DNA of 64,000 nucleotides from Gemmatimonadales bacterium (GTDB taxonomy: Bacteria; Gemmatimonadota; Gemmatimonadetes; Gemmatimonadales; GWC2-71-9), in NCBI GenBank assembly GCA_037189525.1, contig JBBCJC010000005.1:512001-576000 (forward strand), read 5' to 3'. Under the pieces are notes generated by a model. It did no database searches, was not told the origin of the DNA, and was given only the letters and a program-made list of their open reading frames with translations. A program made the translations under genes and the position numbers. This document shows, piece after piece, positions 19,979 through 29,139 of this stretch (its first letter is position 1; the number at the start of each line of letters is the position of its first letter).

Positions 19979-21205
19979 CTATCGGTCGAGCAGTTCCTCG
20001 ACGATCGCGATGTATTCCCGCACCAGCGCATCGTGGTACGGCCCGCTGGCCTTGGCCGCGAAGCCGCTGCGCACGGCGTGTACCCGCCCTTCCCGATCGA
20101 GGAAGAACGTCGCGGGCCAGGTATTCAGGTTGACGGCCTGCGGCAGCTTGGCAGCCACGTCGCTCGGCTCTCCCGCCACCAGGTACGGATACTCGATTCC
20201 GTACTTCGCGACGAAGGCGCGCAACCGGCCGAGATCCTCCAGCTGTTCCGCCTCTTCGAAATCGAGCGCCACCACTTCCAGTCCCCGATCCCGATAGCGG
20301 CGGTACAGGTCCGCCAGGAACGGCGCCTCGTCGTGGCAATTGGGGCACCAGCTGCCTGTCACGTTGACTACGACCACCTTCCCGGCAAACCGCGCGTCCC
20401 GCTCGGTTACCAGACGCCCGTCGAGATCGGGAAAGGCAAACCGGAACGGCTCAGCCGAGTCGCGAACCCGGGTGTGAGTCGCGGCATCGGCCGGCTCGGG
20501 CAAGCCCCGCGCCCGGGCCAGATCGGGACGAAGCGCCTCGAAGATCCGAGGTGCTCCGCGGGGCGAATGCAGGGTGAGCCGGAGCGTTCCATCCGCCTGC
20601 GGATCGACCTCCAGCCGCGCCGGCCGAGTCCCCGCGAAATGACTGAGCTCGAATCGGGTGCCCGTCCAGGTGCCGGTCAGGGCGCCTGCATCGCCATCGA
20701 CCCGAAGGATGGTGGCCGACACCGCCACTCCCTGCTGCCGGACCACGAACCGCCAGGCGCGCTCGCCCTTGGCGGTTTCGGCCGGCAGGTACCACTCACC
20801 ATCGATGTTGGGCGCCGGGACGGCAGATCGCGCGGTTGCCGTTCCGACCGGCGCGGCCTCGACCGGATGGAATCCGCGCCGTTCGTTGCCATAGCGGCCC
20901 CGGAAGGCCCCGTCCGAGAGCACCCCTTCGAACCTCGTCGCAAGGTGCGCAAATTCGACCACCACGGAATCGCCCTGTCGGCGCACGGCGGTCGAGGTCA
21001 CCGGCACGTCGCCGTTGTAGAGCCGGACCAGCCGGCGCCCGGACTCCGAAGCCCACTCGAGCGGAAAGTCGATGGCGAGCGAGTCATACCGAATCGTTCC
21101 GGTCCAGCGGCCCTGCGGCTCCTGCGCTTCGAGCAAAGCCCCGCCACCCGCCGCGAATCCGAGGACGAGGGCAGACCATGTGGCGCGTTTGAACGTCGCT
21201 GACAT
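19979..21205 (-). CDS. TlpA-family thiol:disulfide oxidoreductase with long N-terminal periplasmic region
   Basis: FAFPDLDG...GSWCPNCHDEAP...WPATFFLDREG; ATG overlaps the upstream TGA. Confidence 0.9.
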   Translation of the reverse strand: MSATFKRATWSALVLGFAAGGGALLEAQEPQGRWTGTIRYDSLAIDFPLEWASESGRRLVRLYNGDVPVTSTAVRRQGDSVVVEFAHLATRFEGVLSDGAFRGRYGNERRGFHPVEAAPVGTATARSAVPAPNIDGEWYLPAETAKGERAWRFVVRQQGVAVSATILRVDGDAGALTGTWTGTRFELSHFAGTRPARLEVDPQADGTLRLTLHSPRGAPRIFEALRPDLARARGLPEPADAATHTRVRDSAEPFRFAFPDLDGRLVTERDARFAGKVVVVNVTGSWCPNCHDEAPFLADLYRRYRDRGLEVVALDFEEAEQLEDLGRLRAFVAKYGIEYPYLVAGEPSDVAAKLPQAVNLNTWPATFFLDREGRVHAVRSGFAAKASGPYHDALVREYIAIVEELLDR

Positions 21206-21678
21206 CAGCGGCCTCCCGGCAGCTGCGCAACGAGCGTAGCCGTCCGCGGTGGCAGGCAGGTGGTCTCGGTGCAGGCCTGATAACGAACTTTGAGCGCGGC
21301 ACCGGCCACAGGCGCCGGCGAGCCGACCCGAACCGGCACCACGAATCGCGGCCGTCCGTCGTAGACCTCGACCGGAATCCCGAACGCCGACGTTTCCTGA
21401 ACGATCGGCGCCGGGCCGGTGACCGCTCCGGCCAGGGAAACCGACTCGGCACCGGGCGCGATTCGCAGTGGAAACGGCCCGCCAGACGTTTGTGTCAGCG
21501 AATACACTTTCCACCCGGGGTCGATCGAGGCCGTCACCGCCAGGGTGACCACCTCGGCATCACCACCACGGGTGGGTACCACGGCTACCGACCAGCGAAC
21601 CGGATCGGGACCCTGGGCCACGACACCCGACACCACGACCGCGGATAGCCAGACAACCAGCTTCAGTGTGACCTGCAT
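21205..21678 (-). CDS. Stand-alone DsbD N-terminal (DsbD-alpha) domain protein
   Basis: Signal peptide, PVRWS, IDPGWKVYS, YQACTETTCLPP. Confidence 0.85.
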   Translation of the reverse strand: MQVTLKLVVWLSAVVVSGVVAQGPDPVRWSVAVVPTRGGDAEVVTLAVTASIDPGWKVYSLTQTSGGPFPLRIAPGAESVSLAGAVTGPAPIVQETSAFGIPVEVYDGRPRFVVPVRVGSPAPVAGAALKVRYQACTETTCLPPRTATLVAQLPGGR

Positions 21679-21745
21679 TTCGTCTCTTTCCTCACCCCGA
21701 GTACCGACGTCCGTTCGAGACTGCGTATTCGGGTAGGCCACAACG

Positions 21746-21775
21746 AAAACGGCCCACCCGTGAACGGGTGGGCCG
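21746..21775 (-). terminator. Intrinsic terminator (attenuator) upstream of dsbD-N
   Basis: CGGCCCACCCG-TTCA-CGGGTGGGCCG followed by TTTTCGTTGT on the minus strand. Confidence 0.85.
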
Positions 21776-21819
21776 GAAGCGTTTGACTGCGCGCCGCCGT
21801 GGCGCAATCGACTGTCGTA

Positions 21820-21891
21820 CTATAGCCGCGCGCCGCCCCACCCGTTTCCGAGGGGACAACAACAGACAGCCTGAGCGCGGACCAGCGACAT
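21820..21891 (-). CDS. Putative Cys-rich leader peptide MSLVRAQAVCCCPLGNGWGGARL
   Basis: GGAG 8 nt before ATG; TGT TGT TGT at 21864-21856; precedes a terminator and carries its antiterminator. Confidence 0.7.
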   Translation of the reverse strand: MSLVRAQAVCCCPLGNGWGGARL

Positions 21892-21926
21892 GGATGATGC
21901 TCCGAACGTAAATGAACTCACGTCGG

Positions 21927-21956
21927 ACAATAATCGGGACATGACGAACTTGTAAA
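21927..21956 (-). promoter_or_regulatory. Possible sigma70 promoter for the leader
   Basis: TTTACA-18 bp-TATTGT on the minus strand. Confidence 0.4.
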
Positions 21957-22072
21957 GTGCGCCCCGGACACCCCGCCGTGACGGACAACACCTCGCGGAG
22001 AATCGGGTCGCGACGATAACTTGATGGATCCAACCGCCCCATCACTCCACATCACCTCTGCGAGCCGCGACG

Positions 22073-23590
22073 ATGCGACGATCGTTTGGCCTGATCCTCC
22101 TTGCTCTGACGCCGACCCTGATCGGCGCCCAATCCACCCCGCGCCCCGACCGCTGGCAACCCGTGCGCGATGCCGCCAACCGGCTCATCGTCGAGCGTGG
22201 TGTAGCGGCGGTTGCCGTCGCCGTTGCCAAAGACGGAAAAATCATCTGGGAAGAAGGCTTCGGCTGGGCCAACCGCGAAAAACTCATCCCGGCCAACGAG
22301 CACACCATGTTCTCGCTGGCCTCGATTTCCAAACCGATCACCGCCACCGGCCTGATGCTGCTGGTCGACCGTGGCCAGGTCGTCCTCGACCGGCCTGCCA
22401 ACGACTACCTCGGTTTCGGCAAGCTGACCGGTCTGGCCGGTGATGCGTCGGGGGCCACCGTCCGGCGGGTCCTGTCCCACACCGCGGGGCTGCCGCTCCA
22501 CTATCAGTTCTTCTACGAGAATGAACCTACCCGACGCCGGCCCTCGATGGATGAGACGGTCGGCCGCTACGGGATCCTGGTCTCCGCACCTGGCGAGACC
22601 TTCCAATACTCGAATCTCGGCTACGGCATCCTCGACGACATCATCAGCCGCGTGTCCGGCCGTTCCTACGCCGACTTCATGCGCACCGAGGTCTTCCTCC
22701 CCCTCGGCCTGACCCGGACCTCGATCGACATCGCCCCGGGCCTCGAACCGTATGTCGCCGAGCGGTACTGGAAGGGCAAGCCGGTGCCGTTCTATACTTT
22801 CGACCACCCGGGCGGATCGGCCGTCTATTCGAGCGCGCACGACCTGGTCCGGTTCGGCATGTTCCACCTCAAGAACAAGCTGCCCGAACAGCGCGCCATT
22901 CTCCCGGAGACCAGAATCGACGAGATGCAGAAGCCGGAAACGCCGGCGTTCGGCTCGCACTACAGTCTGGGATGGGTGGTCGGTCGTGATCGCGGGCATC
23001 GTCTGGTGCAGCACAGCGGAGGCATGCCGGGAGTCAGTACCATCCTCTACCTCTACCCGGACGCCAACGCGGCCATCGTGGTGCTGACCAACGCCTCGGC
23101 CGCCCCGTTCGACCAGGTCCTCGACGAAGCGGCTGCGGTCATCCTGCCCGGCTACGCCGATTCGCTCAAAGCCGAACGCGCCAAACCTCGGCCGACGCCA
23201 GCTCCGGAAGCGTTTACGCCCCCGGCCGAACTGGTCGGCACCTGGACCGGCACCCTGCGCACCTGGACCAAGACACTGCCGTTCGAACTCGAGATTCGCT
23301 CGACCGGAGAAATGCAGGCGCAGATCGGAGAGGCGATGCGCCCCGGCGACGACCCGTTGCTCGGCAGACAACTCCGTGCGCTGGTCAACCTGCCAAGCTA
23401 TCGCGACGGCGTGCTGAGCGGTCGCTTTGCCGGAACCATCCCGACCCCGGACGTCGACTGGGTGGCCCATACCGTCGCCTTCGATCTGCGCCTCGTCAAC
23501 GGCGTGTTGCGCGGTCAGGCCAGCGCCCAGACCGGTATCGACCCCCTCTTCTTTTCGGTTGCTTCGTATCTGGAGCTGCGCAAGCGATAG
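22073..23590 (+). CDS. Secreted serine hydrolase (class C beta-lactamase-like)
   Basis: LASISK, FQYSNLGY, HSGG; signal peptide. Confidence 0.9.
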   Translation: MRRSFGLILLALTPTLIGAQSTPRPDRWQPVRDAANRLIVERGVAAVAVAVAKDGKIIWEEGFGWANREKLIPANEHTMFSLASISKPITATGLMLLVDRGQVVLDRPANDYLGFGKLTGLAGDASGATVRRVLSHTAGLPLHYQFFYENEPTRRRPSMDETVGRYGILVSAPGETFQYSNLGYGILDDIISRVSGRSYADFMRTEVFLPLGLTRTSIDIAPGLEPYVAERYWKGKPVPFYTFDHPGGSAVYSSAHDLVRFGMFHLKNKLPEQRAILPETRIDEMQKPETPAFGSHYSLGWVVGRDRGHRLVQHSGGMPGVSTILYLYPDANAAIVVLTNASAAPFDQVLDEAAAVILPGYADSLKAERAKPRPTPAPEAFTPPAELVGTWTGTLRTWTKTLPFELEIRSTGEMQAQIGEAMRPGDDPLLGRQLRALVNLPSYRDGVLSGRFAGTIPTPDVDWVAHTVAFDLRLVNGVLRGQASAQTGIDPLFFSVASYLELRKR

Positions 23591-23671
23591 CGCAGATCAT
23601 ACCTGGTCGGCAGGCGGCAAAAGATCATTCCGCCTGCCAATCGGGGCGCCGGACCTTCTCCCCAAAAAGAA

Positions 23672-23708
23672 GTCGCCCGCCGAACCGGATACAGGTTCGG
23701 CGGGCGAC
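23672..23708 (-). terminator. Intrinsic terminator of the LVIVD gene
   Basis: GTCGCCCGCCGAACC...GGTTCGGCGGGCGAC, followed by TTCTTTTT on the minus strand. Confidence 0.8.
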
Positions 23709-23727
23709 AGAGACAGAATCGCTCAGG

Positions 23728-25749
23728 TCAGGGCGTCAGCGTCTCCTTCGGCATGACCCGGGCCGCCCAGAGGCCCGTGTTGAAGTCCGTAAAGAGCACG
23801 TGACCCTTCCACGGCATTGCGTTCATGACGAACGATGCGTTCGGCGTGAAGCCTTTCGGATCGTACGGCTTGAACACGGCAATCTCGCGGCCCTGATCGA
23901 CCAGATTGCCCATCAACTCACCCGACACATCGACCATCCGGACACCACCCTCGTAGTACGCCTGATAGAGGACGTCATCCTTGACGATGATGTCGTGCGC
24001 ACCGAAATCCTCGATATGGTAACGGCCCACCGGCATCGGCTTCATCGGATCGGTAAAGTCGACGATATGGACGTATCCGCCCGAGGTCTGCGGCACGCCA
24101 CCCGGCGTGGTCATCTCGTTCCGGTAGTTGGTACCGGCCCAGACGCGGTTGGCCCGATTCATCTCCTCGTCGCCGATGAACAGGTAGGTCCGCCCGGTCG
24201 ACTCCTGGAAGTACGGGAAGATTTCGTGGCCGCTGTTGACCGAGTACGACGTGATCAGCTTCGGCTTCTCCGGCGAACCGCCGTACTTGCCGTTCCCGAC
24301 GTCGACCACCACCGTGCCCGCCCCGCCCTGCGCCGAGTAGGCAATGCCGTCCCGAACCCAGAGATCGTGGATCCGCGCATTCGGGTGGCGATACTCGCTG
24401 ACGTACCTCGGCTTGTAGATGTCGCGCACGTCGATGATGACGTACTTGGCGCCGCCGGAGATGGCGTAGAGATAGTCCTCGGTGGCAAACATGTTGTGCA
24501 CACCACCGGTGAGTTCCTGCTCGAACGTCGACGCGATCTTGGGATGCGCCGGGGTGGCCAGATCGAGGATCACGACGCCGTTGACCCGGTTAGACGCGCC
24601 TTCGCGCGCCAGCACGCCATACCGCCCGTCGGGCGAGACGGTCACGTCGTTGATGGTCCGGGCATCGATCTTGATCGAGTCGGTCTTGACCACATTGTTG
24701 AGATCGGTGATGTCGAAGACGTATGCGTAGCCATCGCCGCCCCAGGTGCCGACCAGCGCGTAGTCCTTACCGTCTTTCCCCGTCCAGGGCCAGAGGTCGG
24801 AGGTATGCACGTGGTTGATGTTGCCGCGGCTGGTGATCTGGATCGGCCGCCGAGCGCTCCGCTCGACCACTTCCAGCGTCTTCTCGGCAAAGGCAGACCC
24901 GGAACGGGCCATGACGGTGTAGCGTCCCGGATGATTCGCGGCAAAGCGACCGAACTGGACGATACCCGAGCCGCCCGGCAGACCCGACGGCGCCACCGTG
25001 TCGGCGGGCACGTAGCTGTAACTCCAGGTTACCGGCGCATCGGTCACCTCTCGGCCGCCGGCGCCACGCGCCACGGCCTTGAGGTGGATCACGTCGCCCG
25101 TCCGCAAGGTCGAATCGGGCAGCGAGATCTCGAGCGCCGTCACCGGATGGGCGGTAACGGTATGGGTCAGCGTGGCCGAGGCGCCGGCATCCTGCGCCGT
25201 GATGGTGACGGTGCCGGCTTTGACACCGCGGACGTTGCCGAACCGGTCAACCGTCGCCACGGACGGGTCGGAACTGCGCCAGGTCGGGACCAGACCGGGC
25301 CGCTCGCTGCCATCGGCATGGAGGCCTTTGGCCCGGTGCGCCAGGGTCACACCGGTGTAGAGCTTGCCCTGTTCGGGCACGATCTCCAGCTTAGTAAGCT
25401 GAGGCCAGGTGACAGTGACCGGGATTTCCAGCATGACCGGATTTCCGCCAGCACCCTGGGCTGCAGCCGTCAGGGTGTGCGTGCCGGCGGCCAGAGCGTG
25501 GACCACACCATCGCTGTAGGCTACTGCGCGCCGAGTACCGAAGACCCGGACCTCGGGGTCGGCAATCTCCCGGCCCTGGGCATCGTAGGCCCGGATCCGG
25601 ATCCGGGTCGAATCGCCGGCCTGGATCCGCAGGGCAGTCGGTTCCGCCACCAGCTTCGCGACGGCCGCGCCTTGCGCCTGGAGGGGCGCCCCGATCAGGG
25701 GCAGGAGCAGCAGCGCTGTTGGGATGGCGCCAAAACGAGTTAGCTTCAT
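23728..25749 (-). CDS. Secreted Ig-like (Big_2) plus LVIVD-repeat protein
   Basis: WRSSDPSVATVD; VVILDL, YVIIDV, VVVDV, HIVDF repeats. Confidence 0.8.
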   Translation of the reverse strand: MKLTRFGAIPTALLLLPLIGAPLQAQGAAVAKLVAEPTALRIQAGDSTRIRIRAYDAQGREIADPEVRVFGTRRAVAYSDGVVHALAAGTHTLTAAAQGAGGNPVMLEIPVTVTWPQLTKLEIVPEQGKLYTGVTLAHRAKGLHADGSERPGLVPTWRSSDPSVATVDRFGNVRGVKAGTVTITAQDAGASATLTHTVTAHPVTALEISLPDSTLRTGDVIHLKAVARGAGGREVTDAPVTWSYSYVPADTVAPSGLPGGSGIVQFGRFAANHPGRYTVMARSGSAFAEKTLEVVERSARRPIQITSRGNINHVHTSDLWPWTGKDGKDYALVGTWGGDGYAYVFDITDLNNVVKTDSIKIDARTINDVTVSPDGRYGVLAREGASNRVNGVVILDLATPAHPKIASTFEQELTGGVHNMFATEDYLYAISGGAKYVIIDVRDIYKPRYVSEYRHPNARIHDLWVRDGIAYSAQGGAGTVVVDVGNGKYGGSPEKPKLITSYSVNSGHEIFPYFQESTGRTYLFIGDEEMNRANRVWAGTNYRNEMTTPGGVPQTSGGYVHIVDFTDPMKPMPVGRYHIEDFGAHDIIVKDDVLYQAYYEGGVRMVDVSGELMGNLVDQGREIAVFKPYDPKGFTPNASFVMNAMPWKGHVLFTDFNTGLWAARVMPKETLTP

Positions 25750-25808
25750 GCGAATGACTCCACGACGGGTGACGGACATCCGTAAAGATTGGCAAGGAAG
25801 GTGGAACG

Positions 25809-27059
25809 ATGCGGACGATTAGCCCTACGCGCAAGACGACGATTTCGTTGACCCTGCTCGGGACGCTGGCCGGACTGGCTGCCTTTGAGGCACCTGGCCT
25901 CGAAGCCCAGGCCGCGAAGCCCGCTCCCCCCAAGGCCACCTACTGGGCCTACGTCGGGGCCGAGTCGGCCGACCTGATCCATCGGATCCGGTTCGGACCG
26001 GAGGGCGCTTCGGTCGAAAAGACCATCGGCGTCGGCGAACTGGCCGCGGAAATGGAAGGTCCCCACGGCCTCGCCATCTCCCGCGACGGCAAGTACCTCC
26101 ATATGACGACCGGGCACGGCTTCCCGGACGGCAAGTACTGGCGCTACGAGCTGGGTCCGGACACGCTCGTGGGTCCGGGGGTCCTGCTAGGCAACTTCCC
26201 GGCCTCGATCGACATCTCGCCGGACGGGCTCTACGCGCTTGCTGCGAACTTCAACCTGCACGGCGACATGGTCCCGTCGTCGTTCTCGGTGGTCTACACG
26301 CCGACCCACACCGAGGTCACCCGGATCATCACCTGCACCATGCCGCATGGCAGCCGGATCGATGCGAGCGGCCGCTTCCACTACTCCGGTTGCATGATGG
26401 ACGACCAGCTGGTGGAAATCGATACCCGCAAGTTCGAAGTCTCGCGGCGGTTCTCGGTCGCCAAGGGCAAGGAAGGCCCCCTGCCGGTCGACGCCCGCGG
26501 CGCGATGGCTGCGCATATGCACAGCGGTCATGCCCCGGCCCGGCCCGGCACCGAGGTCGACCCCGCCGATGTCGGCTACCAGGGCATGCGGCACGCCATG
26601 GAGCCGCAGAGCTGCTCACCGACCTGGGCGCAGCCGTCGCCGGATGGCGCCAAGATCTACGTCGCCTGCAACAAGTCGGACGAGATCCTGGAAGTGGACA
26701 ACGGCAAGTGGGCCGTGGCGCGCCGGTTCCCGACCGGTCGCGGACCGTACAACCTGGCCACCTCGCCCGACGGCAAGCTGCTGGTCATCACCCTCAAGCA
26801 GGGCGCGGGCGTCGAAGTGATCGACCTCACGACCGGCAAGCAGGCCGCCAAGTTCACCAGCTCGACGACGGTGACGCACGGCGTCGCCATCAGCTCCGAC
26901 TCGCGCTATGCCTTCATCAGCAACGAGGGCAAGGGCGCCGAGCCGGGTAAGGTCGACATCTACGACCTGCAGGCATTCGCCAAAGTCGGGACCGTCGACG
27001 TCGGCCAGCAGGCGGGCGGCATCGCATTCTGGAAGATGGAGCCGGCCGCCGGCAAATAG
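25809..27059 (+). CDS. Secreted YncE/YVTN-type beta-propeller protein
   Basis: GPHGLAISRDGK, SPDG repeats, GRGPYNL; His/Met-rich insert. Confidence 0.8.
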   Translation: MRTISPTRKTTISLTLLGTLAGLAAFEAPGLEAQAAKPAPPKATYWAYVGAESADLIHRIRFGPEGASVEKTIGVGELAAEMEGPHGLAISRDGKYLHMTTGHGFPDGKYWRYELGPDTLVGPGVLLGNFPASIDISPDGLYALAANFNLHGDMVPSSFSVVYTPTHTEVTRIITCTMPHGSRIDASGRFHYSGCMMDDQLVEIDTRKFEVSRRFSVAKGKEGPLPVDARGAMAAHMHSGHAPARPGTEVDPADVGYQGMRHAMEPQSCSPTWAQPSPDGAKIYVACNKSDEILEVDNGKWAVARRFPTGRGPYNLATSPDGKLLVITLKQGAGVEVIDLTTGKQAAKFTSSTTVTHGVAISSDSRYAFISNEGKGAEPGKVDIYDLQAFAKVGTVDVGQQAGGIAFWKMEPAAGK

Positions 27060-27159
27060 CGCATCGGCACCGCGGCACCGTCGCGGCAGGCAATCTGGTC
27101 GCGAACGGCGGGCTTCTTTTCGGCCCGCCGTTCCGTTTCACATCGGTCGGAGATTCCCC

Positions 27160-29034
27160 ATGTCCATCACCCTGCTCCGCCGCCGGCTCGGCACGGCGCT
27201 GTTGCTCCTCTTTGGACCGATCGCTCTGGCTGCCCAGGCCCCGTTCGACGTGACCGAACGCTCGGTCCGGGAACTCCAGACCGCGCTCACCGCGGGCACA
27301 GTCACCTCGGTGGCGCTGGTCGATGCGTACCTTGCGAGGATCGCGGCGTACGATATCGGCGGCCCCGGCCTCAACAGCGTCATCCGCCAGAATGCCTCGG
27401 CCCGCGTCGATGCAGCGCGGCTCGACGCCGAACGGCGCGCCGGCCGGGTTCGGGGGCCGCTGCACGGGATTCCGATCCTCCTCAAGGACAACTTCGACAC
27501 GGCCGACGCGCCGACCAGCGGGTCGTCGCTGGCCCTGGCCACCCTGCGCCCCCGATCCGACGCCTTCATCGTCCAGCGCCTCCGCGAGGCGGGCGCCATC
27601 ATTCTCGGCAAGACCAACATGCACGAGCTGGCGGCCGGCATCACCACCATCTCATCGCTTGGCGGGCAGACGCGCAATCCGTACGACCCGCGCCGCTGCC
27701 CCGGCGGGTCGAGCGGCGGCACCGGCGTGGCCATTGCCGCCAGCTTTGCCGCCATCGGTTGGGGCAGCGACACCTGCGGATCGATCCGGATCCCGGCCGC
27801 GTACAATAGCCTCTTCGGACTCCGGCCCACCCAGGGCCTGGTGAGCCGGACCGGCGTGGTGCCGTTGTCGCACACGCAGGACATTGCCGGCCCGCTGGCC
27901 CGAACGGCTGCGGACCTGGCGATTGCGCTCGAACTGAGCGCCGGATTCGATCCGGCCGATTCGACTACGGCATCCCTCGCCAACCGGCCGCCGTTCCGCT
28001 TCGTGGCCGCGGTCGATTCCGCTTCGCTGCGCGGCGTCCGGCTCGGGATGCTGACCTCGCTGATCGAAGGCGCCGACGCCGATATTCGTGATACCGTGCG
28101 AGCCGCCGCCCAGGTCATGGCACAGCACGGCGCCGAACTGGTCCCGGTTGCCATTCCCGAACTCGATGCCCTGATGCGGACCTCAGCCGTACTCAACTTC
28201 GAGACCAAATTCGACCTGGCGGAATATCTGAGCCGAGTTCCGGGGGCTCCGGTTGCTACGCTGAACGAGATTCTCGATCGCGGTCTCTACCACGACGCGA
28301 TGGAGGGCCGGTTTCGGCGGATCGACACGGTCTCGTCGGCGGACAGCGATCCCTATCGCCAGGCGCTGGCAGCCCGCGCCGTCCTTCGCGAGCGGCTCGT
28401 GGCCGTCCTCGACAGCCTCCGGCTCGACGCGCTGGTCTATCCGACGATGCAGCGCCGCCCCGTCCTGGTGGGCGATCCGCAGATGGGCGGCACCTGCCAG
28501 CTGAGCGCCAATTCGGGCCTGCCGGCGTTGAGCGCGCCGGCCGGCTTCACCAATGACGGCCTTCCCGTCGCCTACGAAATGCTCGGGCGGCCGTATGACG
28601 ACGTCCGCTTGGTGGCCATTGCCGCCGCATTCGAGCGGGTCGGGCCGCGTCGTCGTTCGCCGCCCAATACACCGGCGCTGGTGCGTGGACGCGCGCCAGC
28701 CGCGCATACCTTCACCACCCAGGGCGGCAGTGGAGCCGGTCGCACCGCCGGCGAGTTCAGCTTCGAGCCCGCGACCGGAGAACTCCGCTATCGGATTCGG
28801 ATATCCGGCGTCGCAGCCGATCAGGTCCACGCTGTCGTGCTCCGCCGCAATGATGGAGGACGACCGGGACCGGTCATCGAACGGCTGGTACGGGCCGGCA
28901 CCCTGAACGGCGAAGGGACGATGACGCTGGTTGGCGTGAACCGGTCGGCGCTCGAAACGGGCGGGCTTTCGATCGAACTCTTTACCACCCAGGCGCCCTT
29001 GGGAACGGCAGCGGCCACGCTCTCGATCCGCTGA
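27160..29034 (+). CDS. Secreted amidase-signature enzyme with C-terminal CHRD-like domain
   Basis: GPLHGIPILLKDN, PGGSSGG, GSDTCGSIRIPA; C-terminal LRY.I...GPV..L. Confidence 0.88.
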   Translation: MSITLLRRRLGTALLLLFGPIALAAQAPFDVTERSVRELQTALTAGTVTSVALVDAYLARIAAYDIGGPGLNSVIRQNASARVDAARLDAERRAGRVRGPLHGIPILLKDNFDTADAPTSGSSLALATLRPRSDAFIVQRLREAGAIILGKTNMHELAAGITTISSLGGQTRNPYDPRRCPGGSSGGTGVAIAASFAAIGWGSDTCGSIRIPAAYNSLFGLRPTQGLVSRTGVVPLSHTQDIAGPLARTAADLAIALELSAGFDPADSTTASLANRPPFRFVAAVDSASLRGVRLGMLTSLIEGADADIRDTVRAAAQVMAQHGAELVPVAIPELDALMRTSAVLNFETKFDLAEYLSRVPGAPVATLNEILDRGLYHDAMEGRFRRIDTVSSADSDPYRQALAARAVLRERLVAVLDSLRLDALVYPTMQRRPVLVGDPQMGGTCQLSANSGLPALSAPAGFTNDGLPVAYEMLGRPYDDVRLVAIAAAFERVGPRRRSPPNTPALVRGRAPAAHTFTTQGGSGAGRTAGEFSFEPATGELRYRIRISGVAADQVHAVVLRRNDGGRPGPVIERLVRAGTLNGEGTMTLVGVNRSALETGGLSIELFTTQAPLGTAAATLSIR

Positions 29035-29139
29035 GGGGTACTCGGCGCCGGCGAGCGGCGTGATTGCCGCCCGCCGGACGTGAGCCAGACCGGCATGGTT
29101 CTGCGCGTGACTGGGTGACTCCTCACGCGCAGGTCGATT

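Noticed and set aside
18399..20348. 649-aa antisense ORF opposite gdh, and similar long antisense ORFs (10567-12138, 23800-25743, 31642-33225)
   Set aside because: Typical shadow ORFs in high-GC DNA, with no protein motifs.
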